Shown here: piece by piece, positions 1-8,551 of the stretch
How the letters are laid out: each line of letters starts with the position of its first letter
Numbering within the stretch: the first letter of the stretch is position 1
Notes under the pieces: model-generated
Told to the model about the DNA's origin: nothing
Databases searched by the model: none
What the model saw: the letters and a program-made list of their open reading frames with translations, nothing else
Position numbers and translations under genes: made by a program
Assembly: GCA_020052415.1 (NCBI GenBank)
Contig: JAGVPB010000078.1
Coordinates: forward strand, 146,642 to 210,641
Reading direction: 5' to 3'
DNA: 64,000 nt
Source of the DNA: Bacteroidales bacterium
GTDB taxonomy: Bacteria > Bacteroidota > Bacteroidia > Bacteroidales > JAADJA01

Positions 1-406
1 GTTCAGCTTGCTTTAGAATTTCTTGTATGTCTTTACTCAATTCGTCATTTGGGATAATTTCAAGTTTCAATCCATCACAAATTATTTCGTCTAAATTGTT
101 TTTCCCGTTTAAGTCAGGGTTATTTTGTTCATTTAAATACAATTCAATAGAAAGAGTTGGGAGATTCTCATACTTTTTGTCTGAGGCAAGAAATTCTTTT
201 ATTACTTGCGAGTTGAAAATATTCTCCAAACCTGTCGACTCTATCTTGCTTCTGCTACCACTTAAAACGAGATTTATTGCTTCGATAATTGAACTTTTAC
301 CTGATTCATTGTCGCCAACAAGTATGTTCAACTTATCGTCAAAGTCCACCTTAAAGGTTTTAAATCGTTTAAAGTTTTTTAGTTTAAGTCTTGTAATAAA
401 TTTCAT
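1..406 (-). CDS. OLD-family/AAA_15 ABC-type ATPase (ATP-dependent nuclease), N-terminal part; runs off the window edge
   Basis: Not in the ORF track because it is truncated. Manual translation from ATG at 406: MKFITRLKLKNFKRFKTFKVDFDDKLNILVGDNESGKSSIIEAINLVLSG..., with Walker A GDNESGKS and the typical LKNFKRF N-terminus. Confidence 0.8.
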   Translation of the reverse strand, partial: MKFITRLKLKNFKRFKTFKVDFDDKLNILVGDNESGKSSIIEAINLVLSGSRSKIESTGLENIFNSQVIKEFLASDKKYENLPTLSIELYLNEQNNPDLNGKNNLDEIICDGLKLEIIPNDELSKDIQEILKQAE

Positions 407-673
407 TTTGTCCGAATGTTTGTTATTCTCAGGGTCTTCTTTAGCATTGGCTATAACTCTTTTATACCAGTACCTCAAGTTGGGTTGTTCAGATTATGCT
501 TAGTTGCTAACCGTACCTGTACGTAATATTTATTTTTTCTAATCATGCAATTTTCCTTTCTAAGTATAAATTCGAAACTAAGTCGCTTCCTGGCTTCATG
601 TCACAAATATATAAACTTTTACCCACTACAAATTATGTCATTAATTTCAATTAAGAAAGGTAAATTCATGGTA

Positions 674-1072
674 TTAAGGATGGGTAGTAGAATACTCAAT
701 CCTCACCTTCTTTTCGTTCAGCCTTTTCTTTATCCAGCCTGCCGGGCGGAATTGCAGGGTGATCTTTTCTATATTTTTTTTGCCAACTTTTCTCCGGTTC
801 ACATCTCCGCTTGTTTTTATTGCGGGATAAAAGGTTCCGAAATCATCTATTATAACAGGCTTTCCATCAGAGATTGCATCGGAAACAACATACCTTAGCC
901 TCATAAGTATTTCTTTACAAATGAACTGAAACTCAATTTTTCTGTTTATCAGCGACGCTATCAGTTCATCGTTGGTCAACTTTGTGCTGAAAACGACTTC
1001 CGGGTGATAAATTTTCGGACCTTTCGGGTCACGGGGTGTTGTTTTAGGAACAACTTTAAATTGTATAGCCAT
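674..1072 (-). CDS. HU-like DNA-binding protein (long Bacteroidota type)
   Basis: MAIQFKVV...DP..PK.Y N-terminal extension, DGKPV.IDDFGTFYP and FRP motifs. Start moved to the ATG at 1072. Confidence 0.8.
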   Translation of the reverse strand: MAIQFKVVPKTTPRDPKGPKIYHPEVVFSTKLTNDELIASLINRKIEFQFICKEILMRLRYVVSDAISDGKPVIIDDFGTFYPAIKTSGDVNRRKVGKKNIEKITLQFRPAGWIKKRLNEKKVRIEYSTTHP

Positions 1073-1082
1073 ATTAATTCTG

Positions 1083-1499
1083 TTAAATTTTGTCACTCAT
1101 TCTGCTGTCACTGAGTCCTGCAGCTTTATCTACTCTTTTTTTTAGCCGGTGCGAAGCCCTGAAATTAATATCCACTCTTTTGATGTTATGAATACCAACC
1201 TTTCCGGGTGCATCTTCACCGGTGGTTTTCAATGAGGGGTAAAAAGTTCCGAGGTTTTCAAGCTCAACTTCATTGCCTGATGACAAAAGCCCGGCAATGA
1301 ATAAAGTAAAGTAAGCAACGAAAACTTCATAAGCCGCTTCATCTTCCTTCTTTCCTTTAGCAAGCATGGGTATAAGTTCGTCATGAGTGATTCTGCCTGA
1401 AGGTTTTGCTTTGGGATACCAGATTTTTTTACCGGGGTAGCGTGGATCGCCCCTGAGAACAACTTTGAAAGGAACGGACAGGTTTTCTTTGTTTTTCAT
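1083..1499 (-). CDS. HU-like DNA-binding protein (long Bacteroidota type)
   Basis: VPFKVV..GDPR...KKIWY, LSSGNEVELENLGTFYP, INFRAS; paralogue of the neighbouring gene. Start placed at ATG 1499. Confidence 0.8.
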   Translation of the reverse strand: MKNKENLSVPFKVVLRGDPRYPGKKIWYPKAKPSGRITHDELIPMLAKGKKEDEAAYEVFVAYFTLFIAGLLSSGNEVELENLGTFYPSLKTTGEDAPGKVGIHNIKRVDINFRASHRLKKRVDKAAGLSDSRMSDKI

Positions 1500-1566
1500 A
1501 CTGGAAATTTTTAATATTATTAGACACACACTGGTATTTATCTCCTTGCAGCGCTCCATCCGGAAT

Positions 1567-1628
1567 CGAGTACAACGGTACTCGGCGCCGAGTACCGTTG
1601 TACTCGGTGACGAGTATGCTGCATACTC
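1567..1628. repeat. 40-bp perfect palindrome plus a third GAGTA-N-TACTC hairpin
   Basis: CGAGTACAACGGTACTCGGC|GCCGAGTACCGTTGTACTCG (1567-1606), then GAGTATGCTGCATACTC (1612-1628). Confidence 0.9.
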
Positions 1629-1638
1629 TGACTTGCTG

Positions 1639-1935
1639 TTACAAAGGGTTCTTTTTTAATTTATTCAGAAGTTCTTTATCTGGCCTGAAAAGCGCTCTGG
1701 TGTTTGCTTTTCTGCTGCTCTTTCTTCTGTTTAAAGGCACATACTCCGCAGGATAAAACTCACCCAGTTTTTCAATGCTCACTGTTTTGCCCTTAGTCAA
1801 AGCGTCCATTATCGCTTGTGGAAATGCGGTAAGTACTTCCCTGATTTCGGATTCGGTCAGGGCGATTTTTTTCTGAATTAAGGGTATCATTTCCTCGATG
1901 GTTATTATTTTTTGAGGTACAGGTTCTTCATTCAA
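1639..1935 (-). CDS. HU-like DNA-binding protein (short); start uncertain (TTG)
   Basis: LTESEIREVL...IMDALTKGKTVSIEKLGEF...ALFRPDKELLNKL matches the HU/IHF fold pattern. Confidence 0.7.
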   Translation of the reverse strand: MNEEPVPQKIITIEEMIPLIQKKIALTESEIREVLTAFPQAIMDALTKGKTVSIEKLGEFYPAEYVPLNRRKSSRKANTRALFRPDKELLNKLKKNPL

Positions 1936-2356
1936 TTTCTCTTTGCCATTACCATTGGGTTCGTGATTTGATTTGTTTGCAGCATTCTTTTCCTGTTCGG
2001 CTTAGGCTCTGCCTTAGTCGAACATATCTTTTCATGCTAAAGCCTGATAAATTACCAATCATGATTCAGGCAAAACCTAAGCATGAATATTCCGCACATT
2101 CGTCAGACCGTTGCGCTCAGGCAAACGCGACAGGCAGCGGTAAAATTTGCCGGATCATACCTTCGGGAGGCCAAGAAGAAACAATCGGCAAAATTCAAAT
2201 ACCTTAAAATAATCTATGCAGACGATAAAAATATTTATATTTCATTTTTATAACTTTTAAACCGGCTGGCACGGACATGTTATCTGCACGATTCAACCCG
2301 ATCAGGCTGGCCCCGGCGGTGTTGTAACTCTTATTTTAATCTTATGAGAACTATAG

Positions 2357-2364
2357 TAACTTTG
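2357..2364 (+). promoter_or_regulatory. Bacteroidota sigma-A -7 element
   Basis: TAACTTTG (TAnnTTTG consensus) about 70 nt upstream of ATG 2436. Confidence 0.6.
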
Positions 2365-2435
2365 CAACGTTTATTATAAATATATTTTTATTTCTTAATT
2401 AACTCAGATAATGATGTCTGTAAATTCTATGATCA

Positions 2436-5400
2436 ATGAAAAAACTATTTATAACTTATTTTTTGATAATTTCGGGACTAATAATTTCAGCACAGGATTG
2501 GACCAAAAGCCTGCCACAGAATAAAGTTCAAAACGGCACTCTTACCTTTTATGAAATACAAAAAGCCTTTAACGATTATTGGGAGCCATATCAGATTAAA
2601 GACGGATACTATATTGACAGCCAGGGTGAAAAAGTAAAAGCCGGAGGCTGGAAACAATTCAGGCGCTGGGAATGGTACTGGGAAAACCGGATCATAAAGG
2701 AAACCGGGCAGTTTCCTGAAACCTCGGCTTCGGAAGAACTGGAAAAATATTTAAAGGAAAATCCTGCCGGAAAAAGCAGCAGCGGTAACTGGACAAGCCT
2801 TGGGCCGACAACCACTACCGGAGGTTATGCCGGTTTAGGCCGTTTAAATTGTGTTGGATTTGTTTCGGGAGATAACAATACTATTTATGTCGGTTCTGCT
2901 TCAGGCGGAATATGGAAGACCACAAACGGGGGAACTTCCTGGACCCCGCTTGGCGATAATAATGCAGTATTGGGCGTGAGCGATATTGTTGTGGTACCGG
3001 GTTCAAGCCCGCACATAATCTACATTGCCACCGGCGACCGTGACGGCGGGAGCTTATGGGCGCTTGGCGGCGGCCAGAGTAACGATAACAACAGTGTCGG
3101 AGTGCTCAAATCAATTGATGGCGGCGCTACATGGAATACAACCGGGCTTTCCTTTACAGCGAGTCAGCACAGGACGGTCAACAGGATTTTACTTCATCCT
3201 TCTGATAATAACATCTTATATGCTGCAACCTCCGCAGGTGTTTATAAAACGATCAATGCCGGTACAAGCTGGACTTTACTTACCGGCAATGTATATATAG
3301 ATCTGGAATTCAAACCGGGAACCCCGGCTACCCTTTATGGTTCGAACTGGAACGGTGATATTCACAGGTCAATCAACGACGGAGCATCCTGGACGGCAAC
3401 ACTGAGCACGGCCAATTCAAGAACAGAACTGGCTGTGTCTGCCAATAGCACAACTACAGTTTATGCAATAATGGCAAACACCGGCAGCGGACTGGCCGGT
3501 ATTTATAAATCCACCGATAGCGGTGCGACTTTTACGCAGGTTTTCAGCGGGGCAACCACGAATATGTTAAACTGGGATTGCAGCAGTACCGCATCAGGGG
3601 GACAGGGATGGTACGACCTCTGTATTGCAGCCGATCCCACCAATGCGAATAACGTTTTCATCGGCGGAGTCAACACCTGGAAATCAACCAACGGAGGAAC
3701 CTCATGGAGCATTTGCAATCACTGGACAGGCAGTTGCGGCGTCAGTGAAGTTCATGCCGACCAGCATAATCTTGCTTTTCAGAATGGAACTTCAACATTG
3801 TTTGAATGCAATGACGGAGGATTTTATAAATCCACCAATCTCGGTACAAGCTGGTCTCATGTCGGGAACGGACTTGCCATAAGCCAGATATACAGAATGG
3901 CCGTAGCCCAAACCGTCGCGAATGAAAATATATGCGGTTTGCAGGACAATGGCACCAAAGCTTACCTTTCGGGGTCGTGGAATGATGAAATCGGTGGCGA
4001 CGGTTTTGATTGTGCGATTGACTATACAACCCAGAATGTCCTGTACGGAGAATTATATTATGGAGCTATCCGAAGGTCAACAAATCATGGAGTAAGCTGG
4101 TCGGACATCACCACGGGTTTGTCAGGTTCAGCACATTGGTGCACACCTTTAACGATTGATCCTACCACCCACAATACTATTTATATCGGGTATCAGGATG
4201 TTTTTAAATCAACCAACCAGGGAAGTTCATGGTCCCAGATAAGTTCCTGGGGAGGTTCGACACTAAAGTCGCTGGCTGTAGCGCCGTCAAACTCCCTTTA
4301 TATTTATGCTGCCACCTCATCTGTTTTATACCGAACCACCAATGGCGGAACCTCATGGACAAATATTACAGGTACCATTCCTGTCGGATCCGGTGATATT
4401 ACTTATATCTGCATTAAAAACAACGATCCGAACACAGCATGGGTTTCGCTTGGAGGCTATAATACAACGAGGGTTTATCAAACCATCAACGGCGGCACAA
4501 GCTGGACAAATATTTCAACGGGTTTGCCTTCAATACCTGTTATGTCGCTGGTACAAAACAAACAAAATACCTCTCAGGTTGAATTATATGCAGGCACTGA
4601 TGTTGGCGTTTATGTAAAAGCAGGATCGGCTAACTGGGTTATGTTTTCAACCGGTTTGCCGAAAGTTGTCGTTACCGATCTTGATATTTATTACAATGCA
4701 ACTCCTGCCAACAGCCGGATCAGAGCAGGAACTTACGGCCGGGGGGTTTGGCAGTCGGATCTGCTTACCGCTGCGACAGCACCGGTAGCCAATTTTTCAG
4801 CGAGCACAACGACTCCCTATATTGGTCAAACAGTTACTTTTACTGACCTTTCAACCAATTCACCAACTTCATGGTCATGGTCTTTTAGTCCGACAACTGT
4901 TGCATACACCGGAGGAACAAGTTCAGCTTCTCAGAATCCGCAGGTGCAATTTACCGCCGGCGGCCTTTATACGGTAACTTTAACAGCAACAAATGCAGGT
5001 GGAAGCGACCAGGAGGTCAAGACGAATTATATTTCCGTATTATATGCCCCTGTAGCCGACTTTTCAGCGGACAATGTAACCCCTCTTGTAGGCCAGACAG
5101 TTGGTTTTACCGATCTTTCCATCAACTCACCAACAAGCTGGCTATGGGTTTTTGCACCATCAACAGTAACCTATACCGGGGGTACTACCTCTGCTTCACA
5201 AAATCCGCAGGTACAATTTAATGCAGGCGGATTTTATTCGGTTTCTCTGACTGCTGCTAATGCCAGCGGCCCGAATACCATAACCAAAACGAATTATATT
5301 AATGCCCAGGGGGTACCGCCAACGGCTACTTTAAAACTGGGTTCGATAACGAATCCTGCTCCGGGGACAATATTGGTACCTGTAACACTGGAAGCAATTA

Positions 5401-6746
5401 ATAATCCGATGACAGGGAATAATCTGATCTCCTCATGGAGTTGGTATATTGCTTATGAGGTCAACACGTTATATAATGCCGAACCATTGACGCCTGCAAA
5501 TCTGACCAATTATAATGCACAGTTTCCTTCAGCCAATTATGTGACCAATATTATTGAAAACAATCCTTCTCCGGGTTGGAATACCATTGCGGTCATATAC
5601 TCTGCAGCCGTCAGTGGAACAGGGTCGGCCGGAATGAAATTTTTCGATATCGTATTTACTTATACACAGGGGGCCACCGTTTGCCCTGATTTATTCTGGA
5701 CATCAATCCCCGGTAAAGCCTCAAAACAATTTTCGACCAATATGGCCGATGATGAAGGGAATGAATTCCTTCTGACCCTGATCAATGGTTGTGTCTGGAC
5801 TGAGCCACCTGTAACTGATTTTGTGGCGAATATGACAACACCATTTGTCGGTGCGACAGTCAGTTTTACAGATTTGACAACCAATTACCCTTCAGGCTGG
5901 TCATGGTCCTTTGCGCCATCCACAGTGACATACACAGGAGGAACAACCGCGGCTTCACAGAACCCCCAGGTACAGTTTAATGCAGCAGGAAACTATACAG
6001 TGACATTGATTGCAGCCAATGCCATTGGAAACGATACAGAGATAAAAACAAATTATATTGTAGTTTCAACCGCGGATCTGAATCTTGAATTGACCTTACT
6101 TTTGGAAGGCCCGTTTAACGGTTCTCAAATGACTCCATCACTGAATGGAATCTTACCGTTAAGCCAGCCATATAATACAGCACCCTGGAATTATACCGGA
6201 ACTGAAAGTGTGACTTCGATACCCAATCCGAATGTGGTTGACTGGATACTTGTGGAACTTCGTGATGCGCCCGATGCGGCCTCCGCTACTGCTGCAACAA
6301 GGATAGCCCGTCAGGCGGGATTTCTGCTGAATAACGGCTCTGTCGTCGGGTTGGATGGATCAGCGAATCTTCATTTTACGAATACGGTTACGCAGCAATT
6401 GTTCGTTATGGTCCATCACCGGAATCATTTATCAATAATATCGGCAAATCCGGTAATACAATCGGGAGGGGTTTACACACTGGACTTTTCAACTGCAATG
6501 GGACAAGCCTGGGGCGGAGCGCTGGCTCAAAAGGAATTAGCTCCGGGAGCCTGGGGAATGTTTGGCGGTGATGGTGATAAAGATGGTCAGATAACTTTTA
6601 TTGATTATTCACCTATATGGGAAAATCAGGCAGGCAGCAAAGGTTATCTCAATAGTGATTACAACATGGATATACAATCTGATAACCAGGACAAGGACGA
6701 TATCTGGACGCCGAACCAGGGTGAGGCATCTCAGGTTCCTTACTAG
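2436..6746 (+). CDS. Large secreted protein: BNR/VPS10-like beta-propeller, 3 PKD domains, cohesin-like domain, C-terminal LEGPF/HRNH module with dockerin-like repeat
   Basis: Signal peptide; many Asp-box repeats (S/T-x-D/N-G-G-x-S/T-W); three PVA(N/D)F...FTDLS...W.W.F PKD units; beta-rich insert at ~5320-5800; C-terminal GDGDKDGQITFID...DYNMDIQSDNQD. Confidence 0.85.
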   Translation: MKKLFITYFLIISGLIISAQDWTKSLPQNKVQNGTLTFYEIQKAFNDYWEPYQIKDGYYIDSQGEKVKAGGWKQFRRWEWYWENRIIKETGQFPETSASEELEKYLKENPAGKSSSGNWTSLGPTTTTGGYAGLGRLNCVGFVSGDNNTIYVGSASGGIWKTTNGGTSWTPLGDNNAVLGVSDIVVVPGSSPHIIYIATGDRDGGSLWALGGGQSNDNNSVGVLKSIDGGATWNTTGLSFTASQHRTVNRILLHPSDNNILYAATSAGVYKTINAGTSWTLLTGNVYIDLEFKPGTPATLYGSNWNGDIHRSINDGASWTATLSTANSRTELAVSANSTTTVYAIMANTGSGLAGIYKSTDSGATFTQVFSGATTNMLNWDCSSTASGGQGWYDLCIAADPTNANNVFIGGVNTWKSTNGGTSWSICNHWTGSCGVSEVHADQHNLAFQNGTSTLFECNDGGFYKSTNLGTSWSHVGNGLAISQIYRMAVAQTVANENICGLQDNGTKAYLSGSWNDEIGGDGFDCAIDYTTQNVLYGELYYGAIRRSTNHGVSWSDITTGLSGSAHWCTPLTIDPTTHNTIYIGYQDVFKSTNQGSSWSQISSWGGSTLKSLAVAPSNSLYIYAATSSVLYRTTNGGTSWTNITGTIPVGSGDITYICIKNNDPNTAWVSLGGYNTTRVYQTINGGTSWTNISTGLPSIPVMSLVQNKQNTSQVELYAGTDVGVYVKAGSANWVMFSTGLPKVVVTDLDIYYNATPANSRIRAGTYGRGVWQSDLLTAATAPVANFSASTTTPYIGQTVTFTDLSTNSPTSWSWSFSPTTVAYTGGTSSASQNPQVQFTAGGLYTVTLTATNAGGSDQEVKTNYISVLYAPVADFSADNVTPLVGQTVGFTDLSINSPTSWLWVFAPSTVTYTGGTTSASQNPQVQFNAGGFYSVSLTAANASGPNTITKTNYINAQGVPPTATLKLGSITNPAPGTILVPVTLEAINNPMTGNNLISSWSWYIAYEVNTLYNAEPLTPANLTNYNAQFPSANYVTNIIENNPSPGWNTIAVIYSAAVSGTGSAGMKFFDIVFTYTQGATVCPDLFWTSIPGKASKQFSTNMADDEGNEFLLTLINGCVWTEPPVTDFVANMTTPFVGATVSFTDLTTNYPSGWSWSFAPSTVTYTGGTTAASQNPQVQFNAAGNYTVTLIAANAIGNDTEIKTNYIVVSTADLNLELTLLLEGPFNGSQMTPSLNGILPLSQPYNTAPWNYTGTESVTSIPNPNVVDWILVELRDAPDAASATAATRIARQAGFLLNNGSVVGLDGSANLHFTNTVTQQLFVMVHHRNHLSIISANPVIQSGGVYTLDFSTAMGQAWGGALAQKELAPGAWGMFGGDGDKDGQITFIDYSPIWENQAGSKGYLNSDYNMDIQSDNQDKDDIWTPNQGEASQVPY

Positions 6747-6791
6747 TATTGGTTAGATAGCCTGAATCTGCCGGCTCGTTATGCCACGTGT

Positions 6792-7052
6792 TTATTTGTC
6801 GTAATGATACCGGCAGCTATATATTAAAAGTTCGTCTCCAATTACCTGGTAAACTAATCTGTGTTCACGATTAATTCTTCTTGACCACAATCCTGCTAAA
6901 TCAAATTTAAGAGGTTCAGGCTTTCCTATGCCCGTGTAAGGTGTCCTTTGGATGTCCTTTATTAATTCATTTATTTTCTTAAGCATCTTTTTATCCTCTG
7001 TTTGCCATGATAAATAATCTTCCCAGGAATTCTTTGAAAATACTATTTTCAT
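6792..7052 (-). CDS. yoeB: Txe/YoeB family toxin
   Basis: WEDYLSWQ...GIGKPEPLK...WSRRINREHRLVY...CRYHY signature. Confidence 0.95.
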   Translation of the reverse strand: MKIVFSKNSWEDYLSWQTEDKKMLKKINELIKDIQRTPYTGIGKPEPLKFDLAGLWSRRINREHRLVYQVIGDELLIYSCRYHYDK

Positions 7053-7306
7053 CAGTCTTCAATTAATTCTTTTTGAACTTTTTTTCCTGTTTTCATCTGA
7101 TGAATTGACTCGTAAAGTCTATCAGCATTTGCTTTTGAACTAAGCAAATGGACAGTTTCAAGAATTGAATTAAATTCATCAAGGGAAATTAGAACTGCAC
7201 CATGACCGGAACCCCTCTTAATTATTAATGTTTCATTATTTTTCTCAACATCGTCAAGATATTGTTTGAGCTTGGTTCTGAATTCTGTGAAATTAGCTGC
7301 TTTCAT
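7052..7306 (-). CDS. yefM: YefM/Phd family antitoxin
   Basis: MKAANFTEFR...AVLISLDEFNSILETVHLLSSKANADRLYESI; stop overlaps the yoeB start. Start moved to ATG 7306. Confidence 0.95.
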   Translation of the reverse strand: MKAANFTEFRTKLKQYLDDVEKNNETLIIKRGSGHGAVLISLDEFNSILETVHLLSSKANADRLYESIHQMKTGKKVQKELIED

Positions 7307-7333
7307 TTTATTTCCATTTAAGTTACTATAAAG

Positions 7334-7349
7334 GTACAAATGTACGTAC
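7334..7349 (-). promoter_or_regulatory. yefM-yoeB promoter/operator
   Basis: Minus-strand TACATTTG -7 element (7337-7344) overlapped by three GTAC palindromic cores, resembling the TGTACA-type YefM operators. Confidence 0.55.
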
Positions 7350-7570
7350 TTTTTTAATAAGCTTTCAAAGATTATGGGTTACCATAATGTTCGGGTCACT
7401 TTAGACCGAAATGGTTGGGTCAATATGGGGTGAAATCGTCATTCGGTCCAAGCATATCAGTTTCAAGGTTGTACGGCATAAGCGATGGAGAAAAAATACT
7501 CTCTTGCAAGTTTTGGACTGTGTGTTGATTTGTGCGACTTGCAAGAGTATATTTTTTGTACGTTGGCATT

Positions 7571-8551
7571 TTAGATTAGGTCAACTAGAAAATATTTATC
7601 TGTCATTTCTGCTTTGAAAGTTAGTGTTTGAGAGTTGGCATTTACATTTAAAGTGATAACTACATTTTGACTTGAACCAGGTTGAATTAACTGTGTTGCA
7701 GCAATTGTGTATGGGAATAACAAATTCAAGTTGTCACGAAAGGAAAATTGTTGTAAGGCATTCATTGGGAATGCAATTGCACTTTGATTATTAATTGTCA
7801 AAGTTACTGATACTTTATTGCCGACTCTGTGATGACTTTGAAGAGTAATATCAATCCCTTCAAAGTTGAAAGCGTCTCCAATTGAGAAATAAAATACTTG
7901 TTTGAAATTTAAAAGTTCAACAAGAAGTTTGTCAACATCGGTGTAAGGATTTAGCAAATGAACGTTTGTGTCTGTATATGGAGATTGTCTGTTTCTTAAC
8001 CAAGCTGCGTTTTCAATAGCGACTTCATTTTGGCCTTGAAAATCGTCATATAGTTTTGATTTTGCCTTGTAAAAAGTGGGAGAATAATTTTGTTTTAAAT
8101 AGGTAGATGCACAAGTCGTACCGTTACAAATACAAACTATTGGGGCAGCAGCCATACTTCTACTTTCGCAATCACTTCTGTCAAAAGGGTGCGTGCATTT
8201 TTCAAAATGCAAAATGAGCCAATGTTCAAATGAGATACTTGAAAAAGCAATTTTTATTTTTGACTTATTTGCAAGAGCAATTGCATTTTCGTTAAGAATA
8301 TCTCGTTCTCTGTCCTTATCAAAAACAACCCAAGTTTCGTCATAAGAACTTTTGTTTTTCTTCGCCTCTTTCACCATTTGAACTGGATCAGTTTTGCTAC
8401 CGTCAACAATCTCTCTGACTTCCACAGTTACAGTGTATTTACACTCCGTATCGTTGCCAATAATTTCTCCGATTCTTGCGAAATAAGCTTCTTCTGTTTG
8501 TCCTTCTGTTAGAATGTAAACAGATTTTTTAATGAATCTCTGTTTACTCAT
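7571..8551 (-). CDS. RloB-like (TOPRIM) protein with an extra C-terminal beta-sandwich extension
   Basis: ILTEGQTEEAYF, WVVFDKD, AFSSISFEHWLILHFE and NPYTDVDKLL are RloB motifs; about 110 extra C-terminal residues. Confidence 0.85.
   Translation of the reverse strand: MSKQRFIKKSVYILTEGQTEEAYFARIGEIIGNDTECKYTVTVEVREIVDGSKTDPVQMVKEAKKNKSSYDETWVVFDKDRERDILNENAIALANKSKIKIAFSSISFEHWLILHFEKCTHPFDRSDCESRSMAAAPIVCICNGTTCASTYLKQNYSPTFYKAKSKLYDDFQGQNEVAIENAAWLRNRQSPYTDTNVHLLNPYTDVDKLLVELLNFKQVFYFSIGDAFNFEGIDITLQSHHRVGNKVSVTLTINNQSAIAFPMNALQQFSFRDNLNLLFPYTIAATQLIQPGSSQNVVITLNVNANSQTLTFKAEMTDKYFLVDLI

Noticed and set aside
27..503. 158-aa plus-strand ORF
   Set aside because: Antisense shadow of the OLD-type ATPase on the minus strand.
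2266..2282. Sigma-54 promoter (TGGCACG...)
   Set aside because: The -12 GC is absent at the GG-N10-GC spacing.
1968..2330. 79-aa ORF or riboswitch/ncRNA upstream of the HU cluster
   Set aside because: No recognisable protein or RNA motif; only weak hairpins.
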